Part shown: positions 1 to 10,208 of the stretch, in pieces
Layout of the letters: every line of letters starts with the position of its first letter
Numbering within the stretch: the first letter of the stretch is position 1
Origin: Rickettsiales bacterium
GTDB lineage: Bacteria; Pseudomonadota; Alphaproteobacteria; Rickettsiales; JALZUV01
Length of the DNA: 64,000 nt
NCBI GenBank assembly: GCA_029252805.1
Contig: JAQXAR010000041.1
Location: 16,825 to 80,824, forward strand
Reading direction: 5' to 3'
Translations under genes and position numbers: made by a program
The notes under the pieces: model-generated
Seen by the model: only the letters and a program-made list of their open reading frames with translations
The model's database searches: none
Told to the model about the DNA's origin: nothing

Positions 1-307
1 GTTCTCAGGCGAGATGGACTCAGTGCATCGTCAGTTGCGTAAATTCCTGATGGAGCGCATGTATAAGCATTATAAAGTGAACCGCATGACCAGCAAAGCA
101 CGCCGTGTGATCGTTCAGCTTTTTGAAATTTTCCGTGATGAACCTGATTGCTTGCCGACCGAATGGTTCCGCCAATGGAACGCCGTGAAAGATGATAATG
201 CCAAAATGAGCATCATCGCCGATTACATCAGCGGTATGACCGACCGTTTTGCGATTCAAGAGCATGCAAGGTTGTTCGATTTAGGATCGAGCGCGGCGCA
301 GGGTTAG
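1..307 (+). CDS. dGTP triphosphohydrolase-like protein, C-terminal fragment (5' end outside window)
   Basis: Open frame runs from the window edge (frame of nt 2) to TAG at 305-307. The C-terminal motif 'ADYISGMTDRFAIQEHARLFD' is typical of dGTPase/HD-family Dgt-like proteins. Position upstream of argS matches common alphaproteobacterial synteny. Confidence 0.75.
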   Translation, partial: FSGEMDSVHRQLRKFLMERMYKHYKVNRMTSKARRVIVQLFEIFRDEPDCLPTEWFRQWNAVKDDNAKMSIIADYISGMTDRFAIQEHARLFDLGSSAAQG

Positions 308-445
308 TTTGTTCTGTTCCCGCTTCGGCCTGCTGACCTCACCTGATAATTCCGTCTTTACGCAGCATTCGTGTTGAGCACGAGCGCGCAAATGAAAGGG
401 AAATAACCCCTTGCCCCTCACTCGCTTACGCCTTATTCCCATTCC

Positions 446-2197
446 ATGAATTTATTCCAGCAATTACAACAGCAAGTGCGCGAGGCCGTGACGGTTCTGG
501 CGGTTGAAAATGAATGGCCTGCGGGCCTGCCAATTGAGGCGGTTACGGTGGAGCTTCCACGTAATCCTGATCATGGCGATGTGGCGACCAATGCCGCGAT
601 GGTGCTAGCAAAGCCCACGGGCAGTAATCCGCGGGCGATTGCAGAGCAGCTGAAAACTAAGATCGAGAAAATTGAGGGCTGCGAGGCGGTGGAGATCGCT
701 GGGCCGGGCTTTATTAACCTCCGTTTTGCGCCGAGCTTTTGGCAGCAACTTCTGCCGGCGATTCTTTCGCAAGGTTTGGAGTATGGGGATTCGGCGCTGG
801 GTGTTGGCAAAAAAGTGAATGTTGAGTATGTCTCGGCCAATCCAACCGGGCCACTGCATATTGGCCATGCGCGTGGCGCGGTGGTGGGCGATGCGCTCGC
901 TGGTTTGATGCAAAAAGCCGGTTATGAAGTCACCCGTGAATATTATGTCAATGATGCGGGTAGCCAGATTGATACGCTCGCTCGTTCGGCGCATTTGCGC
1001 TATCGCGAGGCGCTAGGTGAAGAGATTGGTGACATTCCGGAAGGGTTCTATCCGGGAGATTATGTGATTCCCGTTGGGCAAGAGCTCGCCGAGCAGTTTG
1101 GCGATAGATTGCTGACGGAGCCGGAAGAGAAGTGGATGCCAAAGGTGAAGCGTATCTCGGTCGAGAAGATGCTCGATTTGATCCGTGCGGATTTAGCGCT
1201 GCTTAATATTAAGCAGGATGTGTTCTCGTCTGAGAAGGCGATTTCCGATGCCGGCAAGGTTGAAGAAGTGCTCCAGCGTTTGAAAGATGAGGATTTGGTT
1301 TATGTGGGTGTTTTAGAAGCGCCCAAAGGTAAAGAGCCGGATGATTGGGAACCGCGCCCGCAAACTTTGTTTAAATCGACTAAATTTGGCGATGATGTGG
1401 ATCGGGCGCTCAAAAAATCGGATGGCAGTTGGACGTATTTCGCGCCGGATATTGCTTACCATTATGATAAAATTCAACGCGGTCATGATATTCTTATCGA
1501 TATTTTTGGTGCGGATCATGGGGGGTATGTGAAGCGTATTTCGGCGGCAGTGGATGCACTATCCGGAGGGCGTTCGACCATCAGCGTGAAGCTTTGTCAG
1601 ATGGTGAGATTCATGCGTGGTGGCGAGCCGGTGCAGATGTCAAAACGTTCAGGTAGCTTTATTACCGTGCGTGAAGTGGTAGAAGAAGTAGGTAGGGATG
1701 CCTTACGTTTCATTATGTTAACGCGTAAAAATGATGCGATGCTTGACTTTGATATGGATAAAGCGGTCGAGCAATCTCGTGATAATCCTGTCTTTTATGT
1801 TCAGTATGCCCATGCGCGTTGCCGGTCGGTTTTGCGGATGGCACAAGAGCAAAATCCAGAGGCTTATGCGCTGTCACAAAAAGGTAGTGATGATCTTTTG
1901 TCGGTGCTGACGGATAAAGCCGAATTAGCGCTGATTAGAAAGATGGCCTACTGGCCGGTCTTGGTGGAGCAGGCAGCGGTATCGTCTGAGCCGCACCGTA
2001 TTGCATTCTATCTGCAGGAGATGGCGGCGGAATTTCATGGCTTCTGGAATCTCGGAAATGAAAATGAAAACTTGCGTTTTTTAACGTCTAATGAAAAACT
2101 CTCGGCAGCTCGGATCATATTGGTTGAAGCAGTGGCGAATGTCATTGCAAGCGGCTTGAATGTACTGGGCGTCGAAGCAAAAGAGGAAATGCGCTAA
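446..2197 (+). CDS. argS: arginine--tRNA ligase
   Basis: 583 aa. Class I HIGH motif '[12 protein letters not shown]', KMSKS-like 'QMSKRSG', and a DALR anticodon-binding-like C-terminus. Confidence 0.97.
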   Translation: MNLFQQLQQQVREAVTVLAVENEWPAGLPIEAVTVELPRNPDHGDVATNAAMVLAKPTGSNPRAIAEQLKTKIEKIEGCEAVEIAGPGFINLRFAPSFWQQLLPAILSQGLEYGDSALGVGKKVNVEYVSANPTGPLHIGHARGAVVGDALAGLMQKAGYEVTREYYVNDAGSQIDTLARSAHLRYREALGEEIGDIPEGFYPGDYVIPVGQELAEQFGDRLLTEPEEKWMPKVKRISVEKMLDLIRADLALLNIKQDVFSSEKAISDAGKVEEVLQRLKDEDLVYVGVLEAPKGKEPDDWEPRPQTLFKSTKFGDDVDRALKKSDGSWTYFAPDIAYHYDKIQRGHDILIDIFGADHGGYVKRISAAVDALSGGRSTISVKLCQMVRFMRGGEPVQMSKRSGSFITVREVVEEVGRDALRFIMLTRKNDAMLDFDMDKAVEQSRDNPVFYVQYAHARCRSVLRMAQEQNPEAYALSQKGSDDLLSVLTDKAELALIRKMAYWPVLVEQAAVSSEPHRIAFYLQEMAAEFHGFWNLGNENENLRFLTSNEKLSAARIILVEAVANVIASGLNVLGVEAKEEMR

Positions 2198-3090
2198 TGG
2201 TTAGAAAATCATCTTATGACGATCTGGAAACGGATTATTTTGACGAAGAAGTAGGCGGAAGTCTCTTGAGCTTAATGTCGCTCGGAGTCGCCTTTCTGGC
2301 GGTAGCAGCCTTTATCGCACTTGCATGGTATGCCTATCAGGATGAGGGTGTTGAGGGCGGCGAAATCGAAACCATTTACGCCCAAGAAGGCGATGTTCGT
2401 ATCGCGCCTGAAGGCGAAAGCGGATGGCAGTTCCCCGATACAGAGCGCCAAGTTTATCAACTCGGTTCTGGTAATGCAGAAGACATGGATGTTGAACAAA
2501 TTTTACCTCAGCCCGAGCGCCCAGCACCCCGTGCGCAAGCCGGCGCTGAAGGTTGGGTTAACAAAGAAGATGTGGTGTCGAGTGAACCGATTGGTTTGAC
2601 GGATGCAGAACGCCGTAAGATGGAAGAGATTGCGAAAGATGCGACGCAAGCCGTGGTCCCAGAAATTATTACGACCCCAGATACTCCGGCTCCGGTAGCA
2701 GCACCTGAAGTGGTCGTTGTGTCTAAGAAAGCAGCCAAGCAAGTGATCGCAGAAATCGTTAAACCGGTTGTGATTAAAAAGCCAAAACCAAAGCCAGCAG
2801 CGGTTGTGAAGAAAAAAGAAGTTTCGAACAAGCCCGCCGTGCTGACGAGTCATCGTTTGCAATTAGGTGCATTTGGCAGCCGCTCTGAAGCGTTGAAAAG
2901 CTGGGGCAAGATTAAATCTCGCAATAGCTCGTTGTTAGGCAGTAAGAAAGCACATGTGGAGTCGGCAGAAGTGAAAGGTAAAATGTATTACCGTATTCAG
3001 GCTTATCCTTTTGCGGATCGGGCAAAAGCGGATGCCCTTTGCGTGATGCTGAAGGCGCGCAACCAAGCGTGTTTTCCTGTTAAAAAATAA
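2197..3090 (+). CDS. SPOR domain-containing membrane protein
   Basis: 297 aa. One N-terminal TM helix, a Pro/Lys/Val-rich linker, and a C-terminal SPOR-like segment 'HRLQLGAFGSRSEALKSWGKIK...YYRIQAYPFADRAKADALC'. Its ATG overlaps the argS TAA (TAATG). Confidence 0.8.
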   Translation: MVRKSSYDDLETDYFDEEVGGSLLSLMSLGVAFLAVAAFIALAWYAYQDEGVEGGEIETIYAQEGDVRIAPEGESGWQFPDTERQVYQLGSGNAEDMDVEQILPQPERPAPRAQAGAEGWVNKEDVVSSEPIGLTDAERRKMEEIAKDATQAVVPEIITTPDTPAPVAAPEVVVVSKKAAKQVIAEIVKPVVIKKPKPKPAAVVKKKEVSNKPAVLTSHRLQLGAFGSRSEALKSWGKIKSRNSSLLGSKKAHVESAEVKGKMYYRIQAYPFADRAKADALCVMLKARNQACFPVKK

Positions 3091-3105
3091 CTAAAGGGGC
3101 GACCT

Positions 3106-4107
3106 ATGACACAAGCTGCATTTTATGGGTTTGAAGGGACTGTACTGAAGCCGGAGGAAATTAGCTTTTTCAAGGAAGCAGATCCGCTTGGTTTTATCTT
3201 ATTTAAGCGTAATTGCGAAAATCCAGATCAGGTACGCGCATTGACTGATTCATTGCGTGAGTTAACCGGTAAAGATCAGCTGCCTATTTTGATTGATCAA
3301 GAGGGTGGTCGTGTGACTCGTTTAAGTCCACCCGCGTGGGAGGCCTTGCCGCCTGCCGCGACCTTTGCAGCAAGTCAAAACCCAGAACGTGCAATGTACC
3401 TCCAAGGGCGCGTGATTGCGCAGCAATTGGCCGATGTAGGAATTACGATTAATTGCACTCCTATAGGTGATGTGCCGGTGCCGGGTAGTCATGATATTAT
3501 TGGCGATCGCGCTTTTGGCGATACGGTTGAGAAAGTGACAAAACTGGCTCGTCAGCATGCAGAAGGCTTGATGGCAGGCGGTGTTCTGCCAACGCTGAAA
3601 CATATTCCCGGACATGGCCGCGCGATGGTTGATAGTCATGAAAGCTTGCCCGTGGTTGATGCGTCATTGGCGGAACTGGAAGTTTCTGATTTTATTCCGT
3701 TTCGCGAACTGTCTGATATTCCGCTCGGGATGACGGCGCATATTATCTACACTGCCCTTGATGGAGAAGTGCTTTCGACCTTCTCCCCTAAGGTCATAAG
3801 TTATATCCGTGAGAAGATTGGCTTTGACGGCTTCCTAATGTCGGATGATTTCTCTATGAAAGCACTGACTGGAACCTATCGTGAACGTGCAGAGAAAGCA
3901 CTTGCGGCGGGCTGTGATGCTGTGCTGCATTGTAATGGTAAGATGGATGAAATGGTGGCGATTGCTGAAGGTACGGGCGAGCTCACTGATAAGGCGAGCC
4001 AGCGTATGGATCGAGCGTGGCAGGAGCTGGCGCAGAAGTCTCAGTACCATGATAAGGTTGAGCTTGTTGATATCCGTGATGAATTGGCCGGAATTTTAGC
4101 GGCCTAG
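3106..4107 (+). CDS. nagZ: beta-N-acetylhexosaminidase (GH3)
   Basis: 333 aa. GH3 signatures 'ILIDQEGGRV' and 'KHIPGHGRAMVDSHESLP'. Confidence 0.9.
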   Translation: MTQAAFYGFEGTVLKPEEISFFKEADPLGFILFKRNCENPDQVRALTDSLRELTGKDQLPILIDQEGGRVTRLSPPAWEALPPAATFAASQNPERAMYLQGRVIAQQLADVGITINCTPIGDVPVPGSHDIIGDRAFGDTVEKVTKLARQHAEGLMAGGVLPTLKHIPGHGRAMVDSHESLPVVDASLAELEVSDFIPFRELSDIPLGMTAHIIYTALDGEVLSTFSPKVISYIREKIGFDGFLMSDDFSMKALTGTYRERAEKALAAGCDAVLHCNGKMDEMVAIAEGTGELTDKASQRMDRAWQELAQKSQYHDKVELVDIRDELAGILAA

Positions 4108-4916
4108 CTGAAATCTAATTGATTATAGAGTTCTAACACCCCTGCGAACGTGATGGGCAGGGTGATGAGTAGCGGGAAGATAAAGATCGCCGCTATTAAA
4201 TTAATGCCGACCAAAGCGAGCAGGGTGGAATATAGCTTCGTGCCATGATTTGTGACGGTACGGTTGCTGGCTTCAATCGCGTGCCAGAAATGATAGTTCT
4301 TCTCAACCACAAGGATGGGTGCGAACGCCGAACGAGCGAGGAGGATGACGCCTGGAATGATCAGAAGCGAAAGTGCCGCCACGTGGATGATCGAGAAAGC
4401 CAAACTGAATAAGATGAGATTAGTCCAGTTATCGCGGTAGAAGTTTCGCACCGAATGAAGCGAGAAAGGGAGTTGCCGCTGTAAGCGTTGCAATAAAAAG
4501 ATAAAGCCACAAAGGAAGAAAACCGCCGCAATGGCAATTAAGAGAATAGAGGGCAAGAATGATCCCTGAGCCGCTATCAAGATGATGAGGCCGTAGCAAA
4601 GGGTGGCGAAGATGAACAGACCAGAAAGCATGCCTGCAATGAGGTTGTTGGTAAAGAAATCCCAGCCATAGGCGATGATAGCACCGAAGTTGAGATGTTC
4701 GACCATGGTGGCTGCTTCGTCGCTCACATAATCGTCTTCTAGTTCGCGGTAGAAGCTATTCAGCTGGGGGTGAAGGCGCGCTGGCTGTGCATTATCCTCT
4801 GTCTCCTCCATCACTAGCGTATCAGAAGGGATGAGACCTTTACGGATTTTACGAATCATCGTGACGAGGTCGAATGGCCCGTCCTGATGCGTTTCGTATT
4901 TAATGTAAAATCCCAT
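4104..4916 (-). CDS. GYF_2 (DUF4339)-like N-terminal domain fused to a polytopic membrane domain
   Basis: 270 aa. The N-terminus 'YIKYETHQDGPFDLVTMIRKIRKGLIPSDTLV' fits the GYF_2 pattern and is followed by about 5 hydrophobic helices. The stop codon shares the palindrome CTAG with the nagZ stop. Confidence 0.6.
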   Translation of the reverse strand: MGFYIKYETHQDGPFDLVTMIRKIRKGLIPSDTLVMEETEDNAQPARLHPQLNSFYRELEDDYVSDEAATMVEHLNFGAIIAYGWDFFTNNLIAGMLSGLFIFATLCYGLIILIAAQGSFLPSILLIAIAAVFFLCGFIFLLQRLQRQLPFSLHSVRNFYRDNWTNLILFSLAFSIIHVAALSLLIIPGVILLARSAFAPILVVEKNYHFWHAIEASNRTVTNHGTKLYSTLLALVGINLIAAIFIFPLLITLPITFAGVLELYNQLDFS

Positions 4917-4925
4917 AAACTGATC

Positions 4926-6320
4926 TTACGCTGTGCCGTAGCGTGCTTCAAGTAGCGAATAAAGAACGCGCATGCCTTGAGCCTCGCCACCGCGTGGGCG
5001 GCCAGGGAGGTTGCGTGTGTTCCAGGCCATCATATCAATATGCATCCAGTTTTTGGTCTCCGTCACAAATTCTTTTAGGAAGAGCGCCGCCGTGATCGCG
5101 CCTGCATAGCCGGTGCTGGCAGAATGGTCGATATCGGCAATGTCGCTATCGAGCAGGTAGCGATAGCCGTCCCATAACGGGAGCTGCCACAGCATTTCAC
5201 CGCTCGATTTGGCGTGTTTGTTGATTTGCGTGGTGAGCTTATCATCGGTACTGAAAAAGACAGGGATATCAGTACCGGTAGCAACACGAGCTGCTCCGGT
5301 GAGAGTGGCCGCATCGATCAGTAGATCGGGAGTTTCTGTATCGGCTTCTGCCAGCGCATCGCACAGAATCAAGCGGCCTTCTGCATCGGTGTTACTGATT
5401 TCAACCGTGATGCCTTTGCGGGTGGTGAGTACATCTTGTGGGCGGTAGGCATTGGCGCTGATGCTATTTTCAACCGCCGGAATGAGGAGGCGTAGATTCA
5501 CCTGTAGCTCCATTTTCATGATGAGCCGTGCGAGGCCAAGCATAAAGCCAGCCCCGCCCATATCTTTTTTCATCATGCCCATGCTTTTTCCGCCTTTAAT
5601 GTTCAGGCCACCTGTGTCGAAGCAGACGCCTTTACCGACCAGCGTGAGTTTCGGGTGCTTTTTATTGCCCCAACGTAGCTCCAATAAGCGTGGAGCATCG
5701 TCGCAGGCGCGGCCGACTGCATGGATGGTTGGATAGTTTTTCTTTAACAGGTCATCGCCAATAATTTCGCTGTATTTGGCTTTGCATTCTTTGCTAATTT
5801 TTTTGATTTCAGCGGCGAGCTCGCTTGGTCCCATATCGTTAGTGGGAGCGTTGATCAGGTCACGCGTCAGGCAAATAGAACTCGCCATTTCTTGTGCGAG
5901 TGCCGTATCGGCCTTGGCGGGAATGATGAGGGTTGGAAACTCCGTCGGTTTTTTTGTGTAATTATCATATTTATAACTGCCGAGTTTCCAGCCAAGTACG
6001 GCATGGTGGAGGCTGATCTTTTCAACTGACTCGTCGATAGAGTAGCTATGTTGATCCGAAAGCTTGGAAGGCAGAGCCGCCCAGCTCCAAATATCTTCCT
6101 TATTCTCAATACCAATCAGCACGAGAGCGAGGGTGCCATCCTCCGCGGTGAGAAGGGAATATTCGCCTTTCTCAGGTTTAAATGTACAGGTTTTGAGGAG
6201 GTTCTGTTCGCGCTTGGAACGTGTTTTGAGCCACTTAGCGTAGCTCTTCACGGTCACAGGAATCACAGGAATATCGGTTTTGCGCGTTGCACGCTGGGAA
6301 ATAAAGTTAAGCATATCCAC
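4926..6320 (-). CDS. leucyl aminopeptidase family protein (peptidase M17)
   Basis: 464 aa. M17 motifs 'VGKGVCFDTGGLNIK' and 'NTDAEGRLILCDAL'. Confidence 0.9.
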   Translation of the reverse strand: MDMLNFISQRATRKTDIPVIPVTVKSYAKWLKTRSKREQNLLKTCTFKPEKGEYSLLTAEDGTLALVLIGIENKEDIWSWAALPSKLSDQHSYSIDESVEKISLHHAVLGWKLGSYKYDNYTKKPTEFPTLIIPAKADTALAQEMASSICLTRDLINAPTNDMGPSELAAEIKKISKECKAKYSEIIGDDLLKKNYPTIHAVGRACDDAPRLLELRWGNKKHPKLTLVGKGVCFDTGGLNIKGGKSMGMMKKDMGGAGFMLGLARLIMKMELQVNLRLLIPAVENSISANAYRPQDVLTTRKGITVEISNTDAEGRLILCDALAEADTETPDLLIDAATLTGAARVATGTDIPVFFSTDDKLTTQINKHAKSSGEMLWQLPLWDGYRYLLDSDIADIDHSASTGYAGAITAALFLKEFVTETKNWMHIDMMAWNTRNLPGRPRGGEAQGMRVLYSLLEARYGTA

Positions 6321-6354
6321 TTTATAGCGGGCTATAAGGGGAATCTCAATTTAT

Positions 6355-7164
6355 TTACCCGCGTAAGAGTTTCCGGGTCGCGGTTTCAACATCCTTCTCG
6401 CGCATCAAAGACTCACCTACGAGAAAGCTATAGGTTTTGGTCGCTTTAGAGATTCTCTGGATGTCGGCATTGGTCTTGATGCCGCTTTCGCACACAACGA
6501 TTTTTTTCTTTTTGCGTAATTTAGGGGCAAGCTCAAGCGTGGTGTTGAGCGAAACTTTAAATGTTTTCAGGTCCCTGTTATTGATGCCAATGAGTGGAAT
6601 GTCAGTTTTAAGCGCTTCTTCCATCTCTTTTTCATTATGCACTTCGAGGAGCACGGCCATTTTCAATTGATCGGCAATCGCGGCAAATTGGTTGATCTGC
6701 GCAGTCGAAAGAATGGATTTAATAAGCAAAATCGCATCTGCGCCAATCGCACGGCTTTCATAGATTTGGTAAGGATTTAGGATAAAGTCTTTGCGTAAAA
6801 TAGGAAGGGAGCAAAAGCTTTTAACGTCTTTAATATAATCATCTTTTCCGCCAAAATAATTGATATCGGTCAGGATGGAAAGGCAGCAAGCTCCGCCTTC
6901 TTGATAAGCTAGGGCAAGGCTGGCAGGGTCAAAATCCTCACGGATGGTACCGCGACTTGGCGAAGATTTTTTGATTTCAGCAATCAGCGCAGTTTGTTTT
7001 TTATCAACCGCGTTTTTGATGCGGCCGAGGAAGGGGCGAGGAAAATCATCATTCTCTGTAATGATTTCTTTCACGCGTGCCAGAGGAAGCATTTCCTGAC
7101 GGCGCGCGATATGAATTTCTTTATCGTCGCAAATTCGCTTGAGAACATTATCCATTTGCATCAT
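6355..7164 (-). CDS. trpC: indole-3-glycerol phosphate synthase
   Basis: 269 aa. 'IAEIKKSSPSRG' and 'IGINNRDLKTF' motifs. Lies downstream of trpD in the trp string. Confidence 0.95.
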   Translation of the reverse strand: MMQMDNVLKRICDDKEIHIARRQEMLPLARVKEIITENDDFPRPFLGRIKNAVDKKQTALIAEIKKSSPSRGTIREDFDPASLALAYQEGGACCLSILTDINYFGGKDDYIKDVKSFCSLPILRKDFILNPYQIYESRAIGADAILLIKSILSTAQINQFAAIADQLKMAVLLEVHNEKEMEEALKTDIPLIGINNRDLKTFKVSLNTTLELAPKLRKKKKIVVCESGIKTNADIQRISKATKTYSFLVGESLMREKDVETATRKLLRG

Positions 7165-8194
7165 GAGGCAGGACTTCCTGATTGGTGATTTCGACTAATT
7201 GATTCAGTACGTGACGGGCACCCCCATTATCAATGGCTTCTGCTGCAATTGCAACGCCATCACGCAAATTATTTGTTTTGCCTGCGATCATGAGAGAGGC
7301 TGCGGTATTGAGGCAAACGATGTTGCGGTAAGCGGACGGGCTGCCCGCGAGCACATGTTCTAATGCTTTGGCATTTTGCGCAGCATTGCCGCCTTTGAGA
7401 TCACGCATCTCGCAAAGCTCTAGCCCTGCTTCTTCGGGGGTGATTTCGTTCAGCGTGATTTCGCCATCTTTCAAAATGGCTGCTTGTGTGGGGCCGGTGA
7501 GGCTAATTTCATCCAGCCCACCATCCCCATGCACGACCCATGCATGTTCACATCCAAGTTCGCGCAAGACTTCGACGAGTGGTACCAGTAAGTCCGCACT
7601 ATAGACACCCATTAACTGGCGTTTAACACTGCCCGGATTGGAAAGCGGGCCGAGAAGGTTGAACAAGGTACGTATGCCGAGTTCTTGCCGCACGGGGGCT
7701 ACATGGCGTGTCGCTTTATGATAAGCGGGAGCCATTAAAAAGCAGAGATTGCATTGCATGAGCGCCTGTTGCATCGTTTGGGCTGAGGCGAGCAGATTGA
7801 CATTCAGCTCTTTCATAATATCGGCAGAACCGGATTGGGAAGAGACGGAGCGATTGCCATGTTTGACGACAGGAACGCCGCATGCGGCGGTGACAATAGC
7901 CGTTGCCGTGGAGATATTATAGGTGCCCGTCGCGTCGCCGCCCGTACCGCATGTGTCGATGGCGCCATCCGGTGCATCAAAGGCTAAGGCTTTGTGGCGC
8001 ATGGCTTTGGCCGCACCGGTAATCTCGGAAACGCTTTCGCCTTTAATGCGTAAAGCAACCAGTAGGCCTGCCATTTGTGCGGGCGTGGCGCCGCCACTCA
8101 TCATAATTTGGAAGGCGCGGCTTGCTTGCTCTGTGTCTAGATCTTCGCCGGCGACGGCTTGATTGATGAAATCTTTGAAGGGAGTCGGCATCAT
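7148..8194 (-). CDS. trpD: anthranilate phosphoribosyltransferase
   Basis: 348 aa. 'DTCGTGGDATGTYNISTA' and 'KHGNRSVSSQSGSAD' motifs. Confidence 0.95.
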   Translation of the reverse strand: MMPTPFKDFINQAVAGEDLDTEQASRAFQIMMSGGATPAQMAGLLVALRIKGESVSEITGAAKAMRHKALAFDAPDGAIDTCGTGGDATGTYNISTATAIVTAACGVPVVKHGNRSVSSQSGSADIMKELNVNLLASAQTMQQALMQCNLCFLMAPAYHKATRHVAPVRQELGIRTLFNLLGPLSNPGSVKRQLMGVYSADLLVPLVEVLRELGCEHAWVVHGDGGLDEISLTGPTQAAILKDGEITLNEITPEEAGLELCEMRDLKGGNAAQNAKALEHVLAGSPSAYRNIVCLNTAASLMIAGKTNNLRDGVAIAAEAIDNGGARHVLNQLVEITNQEVLPHDANG

Positions 8195-8775
8195 GATTTT
8201 ACCGCCTTCAAGAAGTTATCGAGCAGCTCATGGCCTTGCTGAGAAGCGATACTTTCAGGATGGAACTGCACGCCGTGGAAGGGAAGGGTGCGATGTTGCA
8301 GCCCCATAATGATGCCATCAACGGTTTGCGCGGTGATGTGCAGAGAGTCTGGCAGGCTCGCGCGCTCAACGATGAGGGAATGATAGCGCGTGACTTCCAG
8401 TGGGTTCTTTAGGTCGGCGAAAAGTCCGGTATTTCCATGTTGAATCGGGCTGGTTTTGCCATGCATTGGCGCCGTGCGGATAATTTTTCCGCCGAAAGCT
8501 TGGCCAATGGCTTGATGCCCAAGGCATACGCCAAGTAGGGGGATGGTGTGTTCGCGTTCCGCATTCTGTTTGATGACGTCCAAGCAAATACCTGCATTAT
8601 CCGGATTGCTTGGGCCGGGGGAAATAACGATACCTTCAGCACGGCTGGTGAGTACTTGTTCAGCACTCACGGCGTCATTGCGGATGACTTCAACATCGGC
8701 ACCCAGCTCGGCAAAGTAATGCAGAAGGTTATAGGTGAAGCTATCGTAATTATCGATGAGGAGAAGTTTGGTCAT
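8191..8775 (-). CDS. trpG: anthranilate synthase component II (glutamine amidotransferase)
   Basis: 194 aa. Class I GATase 'GVCLGHQAIG' and 'FHPES'. Overlaps both trpE and trpD by 4 nt. Confidence 0.9.
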   Translation of the reverse strand: MTKLLLIDNYDSFTYNLLHYFAELGADVEVIRNDAVSAEQVLTSRAEGIVISPGPSNPDNAGICLDVIKQNAEREHTIPLLGVCLGHQAIGQAFGGKIIRTAPMHGKTSPIQHGNTGLFADLKNPLEVTRYHSLIVERASLPDSLHITAQTVDGIIMGLQHRTLPFHGVQFHPESIASQQGHELLDNFLKAVKS

Positions 8776-10199
8776 GAGTTTACCTCAAAATGCGGAGTGA
8801 GTTCTGCAGCGCGCATGAGGGCGCGTGCTTTGTTGCAGACCTCTTCATATTCAGATTCAGGGTTGGAATCGGCAACAACGCCAGCGCCCGCTTGCAGGTG
8901 CAGTTTGCCATCTTTGATGAGGGCGGTGCGTAAGGTAATGCAGCTATCCATTTCGCCTTGGGTGGAGAAATATCCGACGCATCCCCCGTAAAATCCACGA
9001 CGCTCTGGCTCTAATTCATCGAGGATTTCCATTGCGCGAATCTTGGGTGCTCCGGTGACGGTTCCGGCGGGGAAACCGGCCATGAGTGCCTGCATTGAGT
9101 TTTTATCTTCGGCTAATTCACCTACGACGTTGGAGACGATATGCATCACATGGCTATAGCGTTCGACCGTCATGCGTTCGGTGACTTTTACACTGCCACC
9201 TTTGGTCACGCGGCCTGCATCATTGCGGCCTAGGTCGAGGAGCATCAGATGTTCGGCCATTTCTTTCGTATCGTTGAGGAGTTCTTGTTCGAGTGCGATA
9301 TCTTCGGCCTGCGTTGCACCGCGTTTGCGGGTGCCGGCGAGCGGGCGAATGGTCACTTGTCCATCGCGCGAACGCACGAGAATCTCAGGACTTGCGCCGA
9401 TAATGGTTGCTTCGTCTAGCTTCAGATAGAACATATAGGGCGAGGGGTTGAGGTGTCGCAAGGCGCGGTAAAAGGCCAGCGGTTGGCGTGGGAATTCCGC
9501 CGTAAAGCGCATGCTAGGCACGATCTGGAAAATCTCGCCGGCGCGGATATGTTCCTTGGCCGTTTCGACGACCTGTATATAACCTTCACGCGTCATATTC
9601 GTATCGTAGGTGACTTCGCTTGTCGTGGCTTTGCTATCGACAGGAGGCAGGGGGGTAATGCTTTGTAGCTGCGCGACTTGAGCATCCAATCGCGCTTCGC
9701 CCTCGCTTAGGGTGTCGTTATTCCAGATAGGGGTGGCGAGGGTGAGCGTATCATTCGCATTATCCAATACGAGGGTCATTTGCGGGCGCATGAAGCAGCC
9801 ATCGGGCAGGCCGCTCGGCCCTTCTTTATCGGAAGGAAGATCTTCCACTTCGCGCACCATCTCATAGCCCATCATGCCGATGAGGCCTGCGAGCATGGGA
9901 GGGAGTCCCTCAGGAATATCCATTTGATGCTGTGCGATCAGTGCTTCGAGTGATTCGAGCGGTTTGTCGTCACAAGGTGTGATCCCGTTTTTGGTTTCGA
10001 TTTCGGCATAGCCATCTTTGCAGCGCCAGATGAGGTCGGGGTCGAGGGCGATGATGCTATAGCGCCCGCGCGTATCGCCGCCGGTGACGGATTCTAGTAG
10101 GAAAGCATAGCGTTGATCGGCGAGCAGTTGATGGAAAATACTGACGGCAGAAAGGCCATCAGCCACCAATTGACGCGTAAGAAGTTGTGGCTGGCTCAT
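8772..10199 (-). CDS. trpE: anthranilate synthase component I
   Basis: 475 aa. Chorismate-binding motifs 'SPSPYMFY', 'GTVTGAPKIRAMEI', 'FYGGCVGYF' and 'GAGVVADS'. Confidence 0.95.
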   Translation of the reverse strand: MSQPQLLTRQLVADGLSAVSIFHQLLADQRYAFLLESVTGGDTRGRYSIIALDPDLIWRCKDGYAEIETKNGITPCDDKPLESLEALIAQHQMDIPEGLPPMLAGLIGMMGYEMVREVEDLPSDKEGPSGLPDGCFMRPQMTLVLDNANDTLTLATPIWNNDTLSEGEARLDAQVAQLQSITPLPPVDSKATTSEVTYDTNMTREGYIQVVETAKEHIRAGEIFQIVPSMRFTAEFPRQPLAFYRALRHLNPSPYMFYLKLDEATIIGASPEILVRSRDGQVTIRPLAGTRKRGATQAEDIALEQELLNDTKEMAEHLMLLDLGRNDAGRVTKGGSVKVTERMTVERYSHVMHIVSNVVGELAEDKNSMQALMAGFPAGTVTGAPKIRAMEILDELEPERRGFYGGCVGYFSTQGEMDSCITLRTALIKDGKLHLQAGAGVVADSNPESEYEEVCNKARALMRAAELTPHFEVNS

Positions 10200-10208
10200 A
10201 GATGGCGT

